From: Eledone cirrhosa | Lineage: Eukaryota | Assembly (NCBI GenBank): GCA_964016885.1 | Contig: OZ024751.1 | Location: 38,130,001-38,194,000 of the forward strand | Direction: 5' to 3' | Length of the DNA: 64,000 nucleotides | Shown: positions 49,090 through 64,000 of the stretch, in pieces | Layout: every line of letters begins with the position of its first letter | Numbering within the stretch: the stretch's first letter is position 1 | The notes under the pieces: generated by a model | The model's database searches: none | The model's input: only the letters and a program-made list of their open reading frames with translations | What the model was told of the DNA's origin: nothing | Position numbers and translations under genes: made by a program

Positions 49090-49301
49090 TAACCGATTAA
49101 GGTTTAAGCAAAGAATCGCTGCTTTCACCCTTAACGGGATCTTCTGAAACTAAAAAAATTAATCTGTGAACGCAGAAGTAAATATTTCGAAAAACGTTGC
49201 AACCGAAGGAAGACAGGAAGACGATACGGTTCTTATATATTTGATATATATTTATCCTTATCGAGCCCTCTTTGGATTCTAGTCTTCAAATGTATTATCA
49301 T

Positions 49302-49304
<3 letters not shown>
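49090..49304. mobile_element. Family E element with CAGAAGA-core hammerhead-like motif (49095-49164, minus)
   Basis: Reverse complement gattaa...gttt-CAGAAGA-t ccc gttaa ggg t-GAAA-gca gcgattctt tgc-TT-aaac.ttaatc; (TA)n flanks. Confidence 0.7.
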
Positions 49305-49387
<83 letters not shown>

Positions 49388-49391
<4 letters not shown>

Positions 49392-50047
49392 TTATTTTCT
49401 TTGGGTCATTTTGGAAGCCTCAACAATGCAGATGGGTAATTCTCCGTGTAACAGGATCCAGTGGTGAAGTGAGAGATATAAGGGAATGTAGAATGAGATG
49501 TATAGTGTGTAGAGGAACGTAGGAAAGAGCGTAAAAAATAAAAATAATAACACAAGATAGAGTTACCTTGGGAGAGATTTAATTGTCCCTATATTTCGGA
49601 TTCGCATCCATCAACTGGGGTGTTTTCCGGGGAGAGGGGGGTATCTGTCGGAGAGGAACGTGTCCTCTGCTGTTCACTGTTTGTGACTAACTGAGTTAGT
49701 CACAAACAGCGAACAGCGAACAGCAGAGGAAACGTACCGTTCCTCTCCGGCAGATAACCTTCCCCCCTCCGGAAAACCCCCCAGTTGATGGATGGGAATC
49801 CGAAATATAGGGACAATTAAATCTCTCCCAAGGTAACTCTATCTTGTGTTATCATTTTTATTTTTACGCTCTTTCCTACGTTCCTCTACACACTATACAT
49901 CTCATTCTACATTCCCTTATATCTCTCACTTCACCACCGGATCCTGTTACCCGGAGATTTACCCATCTACATTGTTGAGGCTTCCAAAGCGACCAAAAAA
50001 AATAAATCTTATTATTCCAAAATGCTTCAAGCAAACTTCAATAATCT

Positions 50048-50050
<3 letters not shown>
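49388..50050. mobile_element. Family J ~300-bp-arm inverted-repeat element in (TA)n
   Basis: Arms ~49388-49692 and ~49694-50010 centred on actaactgagttagt; the right arm has a ~40-nt extra tail; (TA)n on both sides. Confidence 0.75.
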
Positions 50051-50112
<62 letters not shown>

Positions 50113-52518
50113 CGTAAGTGTTAGTAGGCGCTTGTCATCTTACCACCCCATTCCTACTGACTAGCCTCTGTGTCACGTGATTGATTCTTTAGAATCGGCC
50201 ATATGATCAGTGGCAGTGAGAATTTTCAGTAGCTGGAATCCAGTCCTCGATAGCTGTTCCATTTACCGAATTATTATTATTTTTATATGAGTCGCCAGTG
50301 TCCGCGCATCGCCTGGAGACTCGGCTGAGAATGACCTCCCTGATGACGCAATGAAATTCTCAACGGTTCATTACGTAACTGTCTTTATCCCATTGCAGAA
50401 ACTAATTAGTTGGAGTGAAAATTTAAGTAAGTTAATTTTTTTTTTTAATTTTTTAAAAAAATTTTCTTATTTTACGTCTTTTATATTATTGTTCTGCATT
50501 CTCCTGCATCGAACCACTTAGGTACTATGACATAACCTGTGTATTTGCTGGCATTGGCGTACATCTGTGCGCTTATGTTAGTAGATATATTAAATTATCT
50601 CTCTCTCTCTATATATATATATATAGTTAGATACAATGACGGCTAATACAATTTCCCCCAAAGATTTCATGACTGTTTACAATATCTGTTATACACTGTG
50701 TATATATACATTCATATAAATATATATGAAGATATCTTATCTCAGGTCAATGTTATATTTGTGAGCTTTTTATTGTTACGGTAATACTTTTCTCCATTGA
50801 AAAGAGCAGTGAATGACAGATGCATGTGAGTGTCCGACTTTCATATTTAGTTAATACTTCTTGAAGTCTAATTTCATATATCACCGGTGTTGACGTTGCA
50901 TTAATAAGTCTCTAGCGTCGATAATATAACTTACTGTGAAATATTGCGTGTATACATCCTACTGACAAAGATTTAGTCACATCCACTACTACATCAGTTA
51001 TATCTTACCCTACATCCTCAAATCAATGTACTTTGCCAATTTTAGTAATTATTGTTATGAATGTGAAAAGAAAATGTTTATTCTAGTGTCTATAGATTGA
51101 CTACACGCACACACACTGAATTTATATCACAAAACATTTTCTAATTAACATAATTATTCTAGTAATTACAAATATTATATCGAAATTAAACAGTTAATAA
51201 CAAAATAATTAGAGTCTAGGAATACACGCATACAAACATTTGGCTGAAGAGGAAATTTTCAGTATCAAGTATATCTAAATATTGTGAGTGGTAAAAAAAC
51301 ATGTAATCATCTGAAGCTATCAGCGTACATTCGATATCCCACTCGTAACAATCTTTATGGTAGTTCGGTTGATATCTAGTAATTAGGGGAGATAAATCAT
51401 GCAGCCTTGACTGATCCAAGTTTTATTTCTAAAAATATTTGGTACAATACAGTGGGAATTAAGAATTAAACACGTATATAGATCCATTTCTTTAACAAAA
51501 AACAACAAAACAAATCTCATATCTCTTCTGCGAAAAACAGTGAAACATATTCAGTTGATCTTGATAAGCTTATCTTCAGAATACGGCTAAATATACAGGG
51601 ACGGAGCCTTTGTTGACATAGAAACAATGCATACTTTCTTCCCTACCAACATTTGACTATGAAATACTACATTGCATAAAATGTCTTCTGCGTTGATAGA
51701 ATGTGTAATATGATAAGAATTAGCTGCTAATTCTAGCAAGTCACGTAAACACGGATCCTCAATCATTTGCCCAGATGTCATTTTCTCTCTATACAGCATT
51801 GATGATACCAACAGTGGAACAAATAAGGTCCGCCATCATAGGGTTACGTGTTTGCTTCTACTTCATGACAAATTGGGTAAATCATTCTACTTCTGTTTCA
51901 AAACACCAGATTTGTCAAACAATGTGTTGTGCTGGTCAGCTCCGAGAATCACGTTGTACTCATGTATGGAATGTTCAGCCACTGACACCTTAATTTTACA
52001 AGAAAGGCGTTTCGTTGATCGAATAACTGGAAGACTCCTCGTAAAAACCGTGAGAGGTAATCTATTCCAGATAATGCGTCTATGAATTTATAATTATACA
52101 AGTAATTTGAGGGAAAATGTGGGAGCATTGAACTAGAGCCTTGATCGTCTGCTCAGACATTAATGGCGTCGTTTACAAGAGATTTCATCGTATTTGTTTT
52201 CAATAAATGTCTATGATATACAACTTTGAGCCATATTATACTCATTCGTTATTATATTAAAAACACAATGAGCATTCTTTTAGAGAAATAAGATGGCATA
52301 AAGAATTAGAAAAGAAAAACAAAATAGTTTTCAAGCAAACAAGAAGTGGGAAGTATGGACAGTAAATTGATTCTCAATTGTTTAACTGTGTTAATATTCT
52401 TATCTAAATAACCATAATAGTTTAGAAGATAAAACAGTTTTTACAATCTACAAATGGTTCACTAGTTAACATAACGTACGTATATACACGATACTGTGTA
52501 TAAGAATATATATATATA

Positions 52519-52633
<115 letters not shown>

Positions 52634-53434
52634 TTAGTTTCTTTTTACATCTGTTTTCCTTATTTCCATTTGAAATAATCAAATCCGACGAGAGATAAAT
52701 AGCTACACTTGAACAATATGTAAATCTATATATAAATAAACTCACGCATACAAATACACCTAAATTACGAACCTATATACGAAGTATATATATGTACACA
52801 TGTATATATATATATATATATATATACATACACATGCATACATAAACATATGCACAAACATATTTACATACATAGATACACGCATATACATACATACACA
52901 AACAAAAATACGTACGTCTGCATAAATGTCCATATGTGTTGTTCGTGTATGCTTCTTGATATACATACATGTGTATGTCTGCGTGTAACTGTGTTTGTGA
53001 AGTGTGTATCTATGCATGCATATGCATTGGAAAACATGAAAACAGACAGTAATATCATTTATTATGATGAGGAATAGACAGAAAAGACATTTGATAGAAT
53101 CTGTTAAGTTGGAGACAATATTGAACTGCTGACGTGTGAAATGTATTAATGTACATGAAATAGGATAAAATGTATAATAATAACTACGAGCGACTTTAAG
53201 AGAGAGAGAAAAATACTTGATATGTACGTGATGATGTTGAGTTTTTCTAGTAGACCTTCAGAGATATTGATGAAGGAAATGGTGAAGCTAATGCAGCAGA
53301 CTTCGATTTAATAACAACGCTGATTAACAATTTTATCAACAAACACAAAAAGGTTTTACGATGGACATTCAACCTAAACACACGTTTCGTTTCGTTTGAT
53401 TCCGCTCTTTCCTGAATATACATATGTATATATA

Positions 53435-53515
<81 letters not shown>

Positions 53516-53764
53516 GTATATGTATATATATAAATATATATATGTATAAGTATTTATATGTATATGTATATATATATGTATAAGTATTTATATGTATATG
53601 TATTTATATGTATGTATATGTATGTATATGTATTTGTATGTATATGTATTTATATGTATATATATGTATATATATATGTATATATATATATATATATATA
53701 TGATTGTGTGTGTATTTCTGTATGCATATGAATGTAACTCTCTCTCTCTTCTCTCACTCTCTGC

Positions 53765-53827
<63 letters not shown>

Positions 53828-54908
53828 ATAGAGTCGATGTTTTGGATCTGTGATTATGTGAATTAGATTACTGAATAAGTGTATGTTTGTATGTGTTAAA
53901 CATGTTTCCATGTGATGTTAGTTTGGGATATATACGTTTATTTATGCACGTATTCACGTATTCGTAACTCTTTATATGTGTGTGTTTACTTCTAGCCCCG
54001 GAATGTGCATATATGTGTGCGTATGTTTGTGTTTCTCAACTGTAGAGGAAATACCAATTTCCAAAATATTTATTGTATTTCGTGAAGCGTAAAGTTTAGT
54101 TATCAGTAGTGTAACATTTGTCTGAATTCATCATACAAGGAATTTTCGAGATATTTTCGCCTAGGATCTGTAACGTTTTTGTTTTGTTTTATACGTGTGT
54201 TACATAGAACTTATTCCAAGTTGAATCGAAAGGAGAAAACGAAAGATTATTATATCATTATTTTTTCCTGTAATTGTTGAATTTTTCCGTTCATTTATCG
54301 AATAAAAACAAAATTATCAAATAGAGACGAATCAAAGAATATACGTGAGTGTTAGTATTTGTCTATATATTTATTAGTATACATACATGCACATGTGTAA
54401 GGGATTCAATATAATGCAGGAGAACAGATAAATGAATATTAAAGATACCTTACATTCTATCAATTTTCTTCTCTCTAAAAGCTTATATAGAAATATATGC
54501 ACACCTAAATTCTCATGAAACATTATGAATAACGAGTTTGTTTGATAAACGTAGGTGATGTCTCAACTGTCTCGAAATTGGTATCTAGCGCATCACGAAG
54601 GTGGTCAGTTAGATTACACCACGAACTTCTCACCATCACTCTCACGAATTAGATTATACACTAAAAGTTCTACTTCAGCAACTCTGACAATTTACTCATA
54701 CCTTATTCCTGTTGTGGAACAATATTACAATGGCTGCTTTAAAAATATAAATACTTATTTGTGTAATCGGAGGCCACTACTCACTCGAGATCGGATTGTA
54801 CTAGAGTAAGTACTATGCATATATTTAGTTATTTACTCAGAGGCAAATGTTTGCATACACACATTGCCCTATAAATATCGATTTTTCGTTCTACCCACAG
54901 TAGAAGCT

Positions 54909-55004
<96 letters not shown>

Positions 55005-55219
55005 GCACACGGACGCAAATAGATATACATATATACATAAAAGAATGTGTGCGTCAAACTATTTTATTATTAAGATTTTTGCATATTTTTGGAAGTTTTG
55101 GTATGAAAAAAATAATTACAAACAACTAAAATTCTTTCCCGAATCAAGAAGCCTTTATGTATATATATATATATTACATGCAGACGCACAAACACACTCG
55201 TTTATATATATATATATAT

Positions 55220-55340
<121 letters not shown>

Positions 55341-55679
55341 AGTGTGTGTGTATTCATAATTCATGTCCTCAAAGGAAAATTGAACCGTTATATTTACTCA
55401 TCAAAAAGTCACATGAAGTCTTTGATAAAAAAAATATCGCATATATCAATGGCGAACACTGATATATGAACGCAGATTTGACATTCAGCCATGTTTTTTT
55501 TTGTGTGTGTATGACTTTCTGATACATAGAGATTAATGTGATACATAATCCTGTATAAAGATCCGTGTTAGTCTTTCTTCATTTCATACTTACTGATCAA
55601 ATGAAAATATTTGATAAACAGACCATAAGGCTTTGACAGTTTTCATTATATATTCTGCCCGCGTATATGTCAAAACGTT

Positions 55680-55727
<48 letters not shown>

Positions 55728-56020
55728 GAACATATTTAGCGCTTTGTGTGACAATTCTGAAATTCAACGACAGTTCATACATATGAAAATCATCTTTGGT
55801 GCTAAAACATAAGTCGGAATTTCATTTCACACACACATATACGTACAATTTGAATCAATCTACAATATACGACTGAATTATATATCTATTTTATGCAAAA
55901 TCATGGAAAACATATTTTATCACACCGATACCTACATACACAGAGACTCTAGTTGGTAAACATACATGAATACATATCATATAAACATACATATACACAT
56001 ATGTATGTATATTTCAGTTG

Positions 56021-56070
<50 letters not shown>

Positions 56071-56566
56071 AGAGAGATAGTTATATAAATATACATATAT
56101 ATAAACACTCACACACACACACACATATATATATATGTATATATTTATGCGTATAAATGAGCCGCTACTATTCGATTACCGAGGATGATAGACAGAGTGC
56201 GTATCTTTATTGAACGAAAAGACAAGTCGTATATATTTCATCAGCGAAGTATAGACATGGATCATAATGTTAATAGTTTATGTAAGTATGACATATATCA
56301 ATCATAGCGAATCTTTGCACATGGCTCATTAAGACATTTTCAAGTGGCTTCTCATAAACCTATGTATGTAACACAACAACACCAAGTAATTCACTACAGA
56401 ACTACATTAATAACCATACAACTACGGTAGTTCTATTTGTTATACAAGGCATAACACATAGATACCACATTGACAACTATGTCTCTATAAGGAAATTATC
56501 AATACATTTCAGGAATTCGTTGAATTGAGAGCAATTCAAATAGACTCACATAGCTTCTCAAGAAGG

Positions 56567-56621
<55 letters not shown>

Positions 56622-56884
56622 GGATACTATTTATGGTTAATATATATACTAAAACTTTTTATAGTTATATATATTTTAAACCCTAAACAGTGAAGGTCAG
56701 TAATTTATTACTAACTTATTACCAGTAAGATAAATAGCTCAATGTAATAACATCAGTCTCTTGCGTTGGAAAGGAGGTCAATTATGTGTACAAACATTGA
56801 AAAATGCTCCGAAGACTCCAAGCCTAGATTTGGATGAAACAATTGTAAGTCAATAAATGCTTTGAACATAGCTTTGATTCTTGC

Positions 56885-57045
<161 letters not shown>

Positions 57046-57061
57046 ATATATATATATATAT

Positions 57062-57158
57062 GGGTTCTACTCGTTCCTATTACCCACTCTACTACCCTAA
57101 GTATTGAGTACTTTGGTGTGTTATGGTCCACCTTGTTCCTTACCACATTTCCTTCGTT
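57062..57158 (+). mobile_element. Family A 3' fragment
   Basis: Sense terminus ...ccttaccacatttccttcgtt in (TA)n. Confidence 0.75.
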
Positions 57159-57195
57159 ATATATATATATACATATATATAATAATAATAAATGT

Positions 57196-57518
57196 ATAGT
57201 AATAATAATAAATGTGAAGACTAAAATCCAAAGAGGGCTCGATAAGGATAAATATATAACAAATATATCGAGCCCAAAGAGGGCTCGATAAGGATAAATA
57301 TATATCAAATTTATAAGAACCCTATATATATACATATATATACATATAAGAATCGCTGTGGTAAATATTTGCTCTAAATAGAGCAAATATTTACCACAGC
57401 GATTCTTATATATATATATATATATGTATATATATAGGGTTCTTATAAATTTGATATATATTTATACTTATCGAGCCCTCTTTTGATTTTAGTCTTCACA
57501 TTTATTATTATTACTATA
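57196..57518. mobile_element. Inverted repeat built from family E termini
   Basis: Centre tatttgctcta-aa-tagagcaaata at ~57378; arms contain ttatcgagccctc...ttagtcttcacatttattattattac. Confidence 0.7.
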
Positions 57519-57530
57519 TATATAAATATA

Positions 57531-57718
57531 GGGCGGTGAATTGGCAGTATCGGTAGAGAGTTGGACGCCATGCTTTGACGCATAGAGTTACTGCCCTTGC
57601 CATTCTGAGTTCAAATCCCGCCGAAGTTAACTTTGCCTTTCATCCTTACGGGGTCGATAAAATAAAGTACCAGTAATGTACTGGGTAATTGCTGGCCTTG
57701 TGCCAAAAGTAGAAACAA
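57531..57718 (+). mobile_element. tRNA-derived SINE, full length, with 20-bp TSD
   Basis: A-box-like tggcagtatcggt, B-box gagttcaaatccc; ttactatatatataaatata at 57511-57530 and 57719-57738. Confidence 0.9.
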
Positions 57719-58601
57719 TTACTATATATATAAATATATATATATATAAAATTGTGTGTGAATATGTGTTTGTGGTTTGGTGATAATAAAACATATCTCA
57801 TATCCTTATTATATATACATGAAATATCTACCTTTCCGTATATATATATATATATATATTACTTGAGTTTTATACTGTAGAAAGTTTTCTAAACATGTAA
57901 ACGGTTGTAGTCTACTATACTTTAAAATATGGTATTAGAAATACACTAACAAAAATTGCTAGTTTCTTAAGTATTTATCAATAATGACTACACAACTGGT
58001 GGTCTCGAATTACAAGTTACATGTAATGATATGTATACATGTCTGATCCGCGAAAGAGGAAGAAGTCAATATGCATAATAAAGTAATTACCTCACATGAT
58101 TCAATCATTTTCCTACAGCTTTGCTGCAATATATGAGTAAACCATGTGTACGTTAACCTACATTCTTTATATAATTACTAAGAATGATGCAGAAATTTCT
58201 CTTTTCCGCGTTATTGCACATTCTACTCTGTTAATAAAAGTCGTTGTAATGCCTTTATGGAAAGTTTGTATAAAGATCTGGCATAAACAGATGAATGACA
58301 GTGGATATTGATCCTTAATCTAGGATATAGATAAGTGAATTTGGAGTAAGGTCCAATACCTTCAGACCGGGCCAAGTATTTGATTGATACTTTATTTTAT
58401 GGGTACCAGAAGATGAAATGCAAAGTTCACTACGGTAGTATTCGAACTCAGAATGTAAAATATCAGAAGAAATGCCATAACTGTATTTGAGACGATGCTG
58501 TATCAAGTCAGCCAATAGTTTTATATAAGAACGTGAATAACGGGAACAAAAATGTCAGAATGGCTAAGAAAATGGAAGTCAAATCTCGGTGAAAACAAAC
58601 A

Positions 58602-58675
<74 letters not shown>

Positions 58676-59301
58676 TGTGAGAATGATATAGTGAGAGAGA
58701 GAGAATGATATAGTGAGAAAGAGAAAGAGTGGGGGGAGCGAGAACGAGAGAAAGAAAGAGTGGGGAAGCGATAGCGAAAAAGTGGGCGAGCGAGAGAGGG
58801 TGAAAAGGGGGGTGGGAGAGATAGAGAGAGAATGGAATAATAGAGTATGGAAGCCAGATAGAGTGAAAGAGGAGGATAGAGAGAGGGGTGGAAGGGGAGC
58901 GAGTGAGTGGAAGAGAAAGTTAAAGTAGAGGACAGAGAGAGACTGTTTGTGTATATGTGTATGTAAGTATATATGGATGCGTGTTTGAATAAGTGTTTGT
59001 GTCTGTTTAGGATTGTTTTTCTGTGTCGGTAGATGACAGATAGTTGGAAAAAAGTATGACAGATGTGACATCTGCAGATAAAAGTGACAATCGAAACTTT
59101 TACAATAAATACACCCACCATATATATATATAAACATATATATAAATACGTGTATATATATATATATATACACATACACATATGAACACGAATATATATT
59201 ATATACACCCACCATATATACATAGGTTATATACACCCACAAATAGGCATACATATATATAAACATATGTACACTTTATATATATAAACATATGTACACT
59301 T

Positions 59302-59435
<134 letters not shown>

Positions 59436-59687
59436 TACATACATTTTATCTACACATACATATATATCTATACACTTTACATTTATATACATATATATAT
59501 AGTGAAACTAATAAACCTATGTTTGTACTGCCTCTTTGTTTCCGTTCCATTTTTCCCTATATATATATATATATATATATATGGGGGTGGGGTGGGGCGG
59601 GGGTGTAATTATACGTGTATATGTGTATATGAGTGTGTATGTAAGATGTAACGTATTAGTTGGAATTTTATATATGGTGGCTGAAGC

Positions 59688-59733
<46 letters not shown>

Positions 59734-60061
59734 TGTCTTCGAATGGATGGACAAATATGAATAGTACTTCATTGTTGTTTATTTATTGTTTCATAGAATT
59801 TATTTATAAATCTATCAACTCACATCAAGTTTGGAACATCGTATATAGAAAGGTAGCTATTTTAAGTGTGGCCCGCCATCAAACTCTATTTTAGTTGACA
59901 CGATCTCATTCTATTGAGTGAAAAATGTATGTTGTAAATTAATAAATAAAGTGTAACAATTAAACTGAAATAATTCCTAGATGAATCATAACCTCCGTTT
60001 TAAAAATATATTTTACAAAAGCATGAATTGTTAACTTAAATATTATAAAAACAAAACTGAT

Positions 60062-60062
60062 A

Positions 60063-60095
<33 letters not shown>

Positions 60096-60618
60096 ACAAA
60101 TATATATATATATATATATAACAGATATATATATATATATATATATATAACAAATATATATATATATATAACAAATATATATATATATATATAACAAATA
60201 TATATATATATATATAACAAATATATATATATATATATAACAAATATATATATATATAACAAATATATATATATATATATATATATAACAAATATATATA
60301 TATATATATAACAAATATATATATATATATAACAAATATATATATATATAACAAATATATATATATATATATAACAAATATATATATATATATATATAAC
60401 AAATATATATATATATATATATAACAAATATATATATATATGACAAATATATATATATATATATAACAAATATATATATATATATAACAAATATATATAT
60501 ATATATATATATAACAAATATATATATATATATATATATAACAAATATATATATATATATATATATAACAAATATATATATATATATATATATATAACAA
60601 ATATATATATATATATAT

Positions 60619-60663
<45 letters not shown>

Positions 60664-60793
60664 CATATATATATATATATAACAAATATATATATATATA
60701 ACAAATATATATATATAACATATATATATATATATAACATATATATATAACATATATATATATAACATATATATATATATATATATATATACA
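60062..60793. repeat. (TA)n array punctuated by ACAA units
   Basis: Directly visible. Confidence 0.95.
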
Positions 60794-60909
60794 ATTAAGA
60801 ACCACGCACCAACTCAATATAGATTTGCTGATATTTCTTCAAGACTAGGTTGTTTTTTTATATACATGTCAGATTTGATGGATGTGACCTGTGCGTGTGG
60901 GTGTCCGTG

Positions 60910-60967
<58 letters not shown>

Positions 60968-62009
60968 GAGAGAGAGACAGAGAGAGAGAGAAAGAAAACA
61001 CCAATAATTATTAAAGTGAAGCTGAATACATTACACTATGATACGAAATAATTATTGTTGTTTGTCTGCGCCGGAAACTCTAATTTTAACTTCATAATGA
61101 ACGTCCTTATTGTTTTATTAACGATGGCTTTTGTCTTCATGAGTATTTTACCGTGCTTCATACACAATATTACTGGCGTAGTAATATCGTAACTTCTTAA
61201 AAGGCAAGAAATAATAATGTAATACCCTTGTATGTATAGACCTAAAGCCATATCGGTTGATATAAAACTATGTCAGATATAAAAATAGTTGAATCAATAG
61301 AAAATAAATATGTATAATCATTAAATGTGCAGAAATAATTATCTTCTTGTCGTATGACATATACACGTTTATTTGAGAGGTAGATCCAGATTTATAGTTT
61401 TATGGATTGCCTCCAGGGTGCCGGGAAAACATGAGAGTGGCAATCCCGAACAACATGCAGAAGTGTTTTGTCAGCGTCCCAAGTCACATGCTGAACTGCC
61501 TTTCCTTTTTCATCAATGGAGATGATGGACTGCCCATGGCAAGTGTTTTGCAGGCCTGACTAAGGCACATTGATTGCTCTCTATGAATAACTTTATGTAT
61601 ATATCTGAAAACAAATATTGGCATGCATAAATCAAGTGAAAACGAATCATTTGTCAAATAAAGAAGTTACTCACAGTTTCAATGCATCTCATAGGTAATC
61701 CAAAATGCACAAGAGAAGGGCCAATTAATCCCCATATTTTTTTTTGGGGGGGGGGGGGGGGGATTCTGAAGAATCAGAATCTGAAAGATCAGTTTTATTG
61801 CTGTGTCTTATATAACAAAATAAATGTTATTTTCTGTTTTTGTTTAATGTATCCGAATATATGCCACACTGGACATGCTTAAAAACGGTACCAGTTCCGA
61901 ATCTGAAATAAAAACATAAATATAGCTGGATTATAATAGAGCTCAGAGCACCAAACCTCAACCCACCTCTCTATCTCTTCCTGGATTTGGATGCATTATA
62001 TGTATATAT

Positions 62010-62061
<52 letters not shown>

Positions 62062-62066
<5 letters not shown>

Positions 62067-62165
62067 CGGGGTCATACTTTTTCCTATTACCCACTCTACT
62101 ACCCTAAGTATTGAGTACTTTGGTGCGTCATGGTCCATCTGGTTCCTTACCACAATTCCTTCGTT
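62062..62165 (+). mobile_element. Family A 3' fragment
   Basis: gccgtcggggtcatac...ccttaccacaattccttcgtt in (TA)n. Confidence 0.75.
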
Positions 62166-62166
62166 A

Positions 62167-62223
<57 letters not shown>

Positions 62224-62765
62224 TGTGTTCTCTCCGATATAGCTGTATACATATAGGTATGTGTATTTGTATATTTTGAAAGACTTTAGCTAAGAATTTT
62301 GAAAATGACCTACTCTTTACGAAGGTAAGTGTATATACAAAAATAAGTACTATTGATTGTCAAATCCTCTGCAAGCATTTATCCTGGAATATTCTTCACA
62401 ATAAACTTTTCAAATATCGCTCATCATCAATATTTGAAATATTTCTAATACCACTAACACTAATATTAATTATTATTGTTATTAATTCTTTGTAATTATA
62501 GTTATAGTTATTTCATTAAAAAAATATAACAAACGATATAAGAAAATATTATTTTTTTTATTAATATTATTATTCGTAGTAGCAGTAGTGGTGGTATTAA
62601 TAGCAGCATCAGCTGGGTTTTCTCTGAATGATATACAACTTTTCTTCCTTTTCTATCCAAATTACTTAAACTAAATTATTTTCAGACTTTTTCTGTCATT
62701 ATATCTGCCACTATATAATTCTTCTAGACAATGGTACCGGTATATCTATCTTATTTCTCATTCTT

Positions 62766-62801
62766 TCTTCTGATGAAGGACTAGCGCCCGAAACATTAAG
62801 A
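62766..62801 (+). ncRNA. Minimal type I hammerhead motif (family I), old Penelope-like pseudo-LTR
   Basis: tctt-CTGATGA-aggactagcgccc-GAAA-ca-TT-aaga; stem III probably decayed from palindromic AACGTT; tatataa ~55 nt upstream. Confidence 0.65.
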
Positions 62802-62926
62802 CCATCTGCCTGCCATATCACGCGTTAACCTAATATATATCCCTTTCATATACTGTACCGATTGTGTTGTTATTTCTGTTCACTTTTTACACATACACAC
62901 ACACATACACATGCACGCACGCGCGT

Positions 62927-63023
<97 letters not shown>

Positions 63024-63365
63024 GTGTGTGTGTGTGTGTGTGATGTGTGTGCGTGTGTTTATGTGTACATATTTCCAATTCGTGAGTTTTTGATGAATAC
63101 TACGATAAATATTGTAACAATTTGTGTTCCTTTTATTTACCCCAGTAACAATTTTTGTTTTTTTTACATGTTTACGTTTTTTTATGAAAGTATATTCCTG
63201 TCAGTTTATTTGAATCTCTCTGTCCAATTATGTATTCTTTTATTTCGCTATATATATACATTATATATATATATTATATATATACATTATATATATATAA
63301 TATATATATATACATTATATATATATAATATATATATACATTATATATATATAATATATATATAC

Positions 63366-63401
<36 letters not shown>

Positions 63402-63932
63402 GAGAGACAGAGAGAGACGTGTACTTATAAATCAAAATCTGACACGTTCTCTTACTATGTACTGAAGCACCCTTCACACATAACCATCACACACACACAT
63501 ATTTTTATATACATACATATATGTTAGTATGTACAACTCGATGTACATCAAGCTCAAACCAATGTACAAATGGTTATAGCGTTATAGTGACCAATGGGAA
63601 CGCTAAAGGATCTAAGTTTTCGCTATTTTATTGCTGATTCTTATAAAAGCTAAGCTGATATGATGCTATGATGTTACTCAGCATTCGTTTACTGAAATTG
63701 CATTGTACATCTTCCTGGTGATTCATCTTCAGTTGTATCAAAGTAATGACAGCTTATACGAAGGTAAATGCACTTTTGGAAATAGCGTATCCTTGTGGAA
63801 TATCGTGTGTACAGATAAATATCGAACGCTCTTTTGTCAGCGCTACGACGTTACGAGAAAACCAGACAGCAACAAAAAAATAAAATGCGTTCATATACTA
63901 TGATTATGTATGTGTATGCTGTATGTATATAC

Positions 63933-63966
<34 letters not shown>

Positions 63967-64000
63967 GTGCTATTGATTTTAGAAGATTCCGCATCCAATA

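Noticed and set aside
50326-50362. Type III hammerhead-like string tgagaat...CTGATGA cgcaat GAAA ttctca
   Set aside because: Stem III pairs, but position 17 is G, stem I cannot form and stem II is absent; likely chance.
51587-52085. Short complex ORFs, possibly a decayed transposase or exon
   Set aside because: All frames are interrupted and no family could be recognised with confidence.
56227-56247. Minus-strand tcg-CTGATGAAA-tatata-cga
   Set aside because: The two core boxes overlap with no stem II; too short to distinguish from chance.
57531-57625. tRNA gene
   Set aside because: A and B boxes are present but there is no cloverleaf, and the sequence continues into a multi-copy SINE body with TSDs.

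Overview
Very AT-rich, microsatellite-saturated eukaryotic DNA with no supportable host protein-coding gene. Almost all ORFs in the track are artefacts of (TA)n/(CA)n/(GA)n/(AGT)n repeats. Composition and SINE type suggest an invertebrate, probably a cephalopod mollusc (inference only). Recognisable mobile DNA: a 5'-truncated, disabled RTE-clade LINE with a 10-bp TSD (39732-41327), two RTE 3' scraps, an R4/Dong-like LINE 3' end in (TAA)n, more than a dozen copies of one tRNA-derived SINE (including a 162-bp tandem array), mariner-like and piggyBac-like MITEs, and a Helitron-like element. The main hidden signal is a set of sequence-unrelated short element families embedded mostly in (TA)n tracts. 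They are mostly built as asymmetric inverted repeats and carry type I hammerhead ribozyme motifs (stem I-CUGANGA-stem II-GAAA-stem III-UH-stem I), several with palindromic stem III and an upstream TATA-like box. This matches the pseudo-LTR ends of Penelope-like retroelements. I read 7 motifs with canonical cores from 5 families, a recurrent CAGAAGA-core variant, several decayed copies, and a frequent family that keeps only the 3' half of the ribozyme and folds back repeatedly at the same stem II hairpin. All folds were read by eye and none is experimentally tested.
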